From positions 806,001-870,000 of the forward strand of contig MU008159.1 of NCBI GenBank assembly GCA_010909165.1: DNA of 64,000 bases, given 5' to 3'. The position numbers and the translations under genes were made by a program. The notes below the pieces were generated by a model. That model worked only from the letters and a program-made list of their open reading frames with translations, ran no database searches and had not been told where the DNA came from. Source of the DNA: Anthoceros angustus. Taxonomy: Eukaryota; Plantae; Anthocerotophyta. Shown here piece by piece: positions 61,660 to 64,000 of this stretch; the first letter of the stretch is position 1, and each line of letters opens with the position of its first letter.

Positions 61660-64000
61660 AACGTCTTTAGAGATGCTATGGTGAAAATTCGCCTTGTTTG
61701 AAGGAATCTTAATGGACTCTTGATTTATTAGTCATCGCAAGGCATGAAGATGGTGTTCAAACTTTTTCTTTCAAAATCAACATATTCCTCAGAGATCGCT
61801 CAAACCTCCGACCTTGTCAATTTGAAGGAAAAAAGTCATCCATCGTTGAATTCACCGTAAACAATTCAAAATGAGTTTGTTCATCATTTAGAGGTTAAGG
61901 TTTGCCTTAACACAGCTCCACACTGTTCGTAACAACCCTATGACATAGAGATGCATAACGGAGTCTTAAAAAAAACAACAAGACTTCATGTAATACTACA
62001 AATTGGTTACAGGAGTTGTAATAAGAATACGATAAGAGGAGGTTTAGTCTCCAATCTTTGCCTCCTCAAACTAAAACAAGAATGCAACAAAGACCTAAAA
62101 ATACAACAAGAGTGCAACCACAATGAGTTAAATATCAACTACAATTGTGATTAGGTAGCCCTATTTCTTATAGGAACCCAAGGTTTACCTTATTCGATTG
62201 GATTGACATTTGTGAGTTTGTCTAATCAAGAACTAAATCTAGATACAATTAATTTAACCTCTATTTAACTCAACTATGGTTTATCCTAGTCTTCTCTTCT
62301 TAGTTGCTCTAGCTAGTCTTTTGTTGTAGTTCAGCTTGCTAGCTAATAACCATATATTCGGCCATGGATTGGATGATCAATCTTGTTCATCAGGCCATTC
62401 ACCAATAACAGTTTATTAGGTCATGGATCGGATGGTCAAATCTCGTCCAAAGCCATGCTTCTTGCTTGTCCATTCACGGCAAACTTTGGTTATGGCTTAC
62501 ACTCCTCCTTCTTCTGAATCGCAACCCATGAGTCGAAACATGATATTCTAGTAAAAGAAAAGTTAACCACAATAGATTAGAATACACGAGAGTTAAACAC
62601 CACATATTAGAATTGACTACGGCATGACAAGAGTTACTAGCCCAATAGGGTCTAGAAGAGATAAATAAGAATAATCGTTACTGCGAAAGTCTAACCAGAG
62701 GATAAATGGTGGTACCGATAAGATGACAACTAATTTAAATGCAGAATATAAATATGAGTGAAATACACTTACCAGCTTGATGGAAAAGAGGCTCATCTTC
62801 GCCATCCGCTTTGGTTGAAACTAGGTGTCGAGGCGTGTAGGCAACAAGTGGCAAACGAGCACACGTTGATAATAATTGTGAAGGCACGATTGGAGGAGCA
62901 AGCAAAACGCCATCTATTGTTTGCTTTTGAAACTCCATAGTAGGGTCCTGAGGTTGATGCATATGGGATCGAAGCATATGGGTATTTGGAGATGACTTTA
63001 GAAAACGTCCAATGATATCTTCTGGTAATTGCGCTCCCCAAGAGTGAGGATGCACATACACCAACTCACATAAGAACTCCTCAGTTACGCAGCCTATGAG
63101 CGTATTAGAATTGGGATGAAGTGCCATCAATTGTGCCCTGTTGGGATGGAGTGCCATTCTTTGCGCGCCTTGATGGGCAGAGGTGTGCCTCGCTTGAGTG
63201 GGGACTTCCGCACAAGATCACCCTCTAGGTAAAAGATAAAAAGATCTAAAAAATAGATCTAAAAAAAAACAAAAAAAGATTTAAAAAAATAACAAATGCT
63301 CCATATTTCTATCACAATTATAAACCACTTTGTCCTATTATACACAGTTTACCGCACAACTGTGGTAATGCACATTATGTGTGCAATGTTGAACGACTTA
63401 ATCTCCCGACCACAAAGCTGCTTACCACCTTGTCCTAATAAAGATAGTTTACTGCACAATTGATTATCGCACAATAGGTAGAGGCTGTTTACCGCGCAAC
63501 AGTTAGAGAAGAAGAACACTAGGACCAGCATACAAGATTGGACCTTCTAGAATCATAGATGAGGTCTATTAAATAACAACCCAATGAGCCTTAATAAAGG
63601 GGGCACATTGCATTAATAAGGAACCTATTATTAAAGAGCAGCCCAACGAGCCTTTATATAGGAGGACATATTGCACTAATAAGAGACCTACCTATATTGT
63701 AGTCTAGATATAGTACTTTATAAATAGAGTATCATAAAACGCACGGTTGAACTTAAAATCTTCCTCACATGAACTAAACCTCTCCTTGTAAGAACTCAAC
63801 TAGATGACTTAAAAGCTTATAATAGTAAAAACTACGGGGGAAAACCTGTCCGAAAGGAAAAAGCCATATATAAGGCATTCTCAAAAACCACTTGAGCTAC
63901 AAAACTGAGCTAATATTTCTTGCCCTTAGATAGTAGTTTCTTAAATGGTTTGAGAAGCCTGATCTTTCTCATCCGCCATAATATTGGCACTTGAGAATTG

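Noticed and set aside
62617-63157. 140-aa minus-strand ORF ending at a GTAAGT donor
   Set aside because: Exon-like but unassignable; the downstream segment has stops in the frames checked.

Overview
Eukaryotic nuclear DNA, most likely from a non-seed land plant. This is an inference from short ~60-130 nt introns, GC-rich codons, a PLS-type PPR, a plant tRNA-Ser and plant gene families; a hornwort or lycophyte would fit. A compact gene island (10.6-35.2 kb) holds SAAL1-like, F-box, an ExoIII/APE2-like AP endonuclease, TMCO1, F-box/kelch-like, PIMT, a Gnk2-like secreted protein, a GT34 glycosyltransferase and tRNA-Ser(AGA). It is flanked by transposon-rich DNA: Copia remnants, an inverted LTR pair, CCGTA-type MITEs, a SWIM/MULE relic, a non-LTR fragment and a PPR pseudogene. 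The main discovery is a 12.4-kb TIR-bounded DNA transposon (41594-53971), nested in a solo-LTR-like insert that itself splits a Copia RNase H. It carries a Sola/DUF7869-like DDE transposase, a trihelix/Myb-like ORF, and an intron-containing ParB-like + bacterial-type beta-class amino (N6A/N4C) DNA methyltransferase gene. Also notable are two apparently alternative first coding exons in PIMT, one with an N-myristoylation-type start. Several near-identical tandem duplications differ mainly by small indels, suggesting unpolished long-read sequence, so frameshifts inside repeats may be artefacts. All family calls come from motifs read by eye; no database searches were run.
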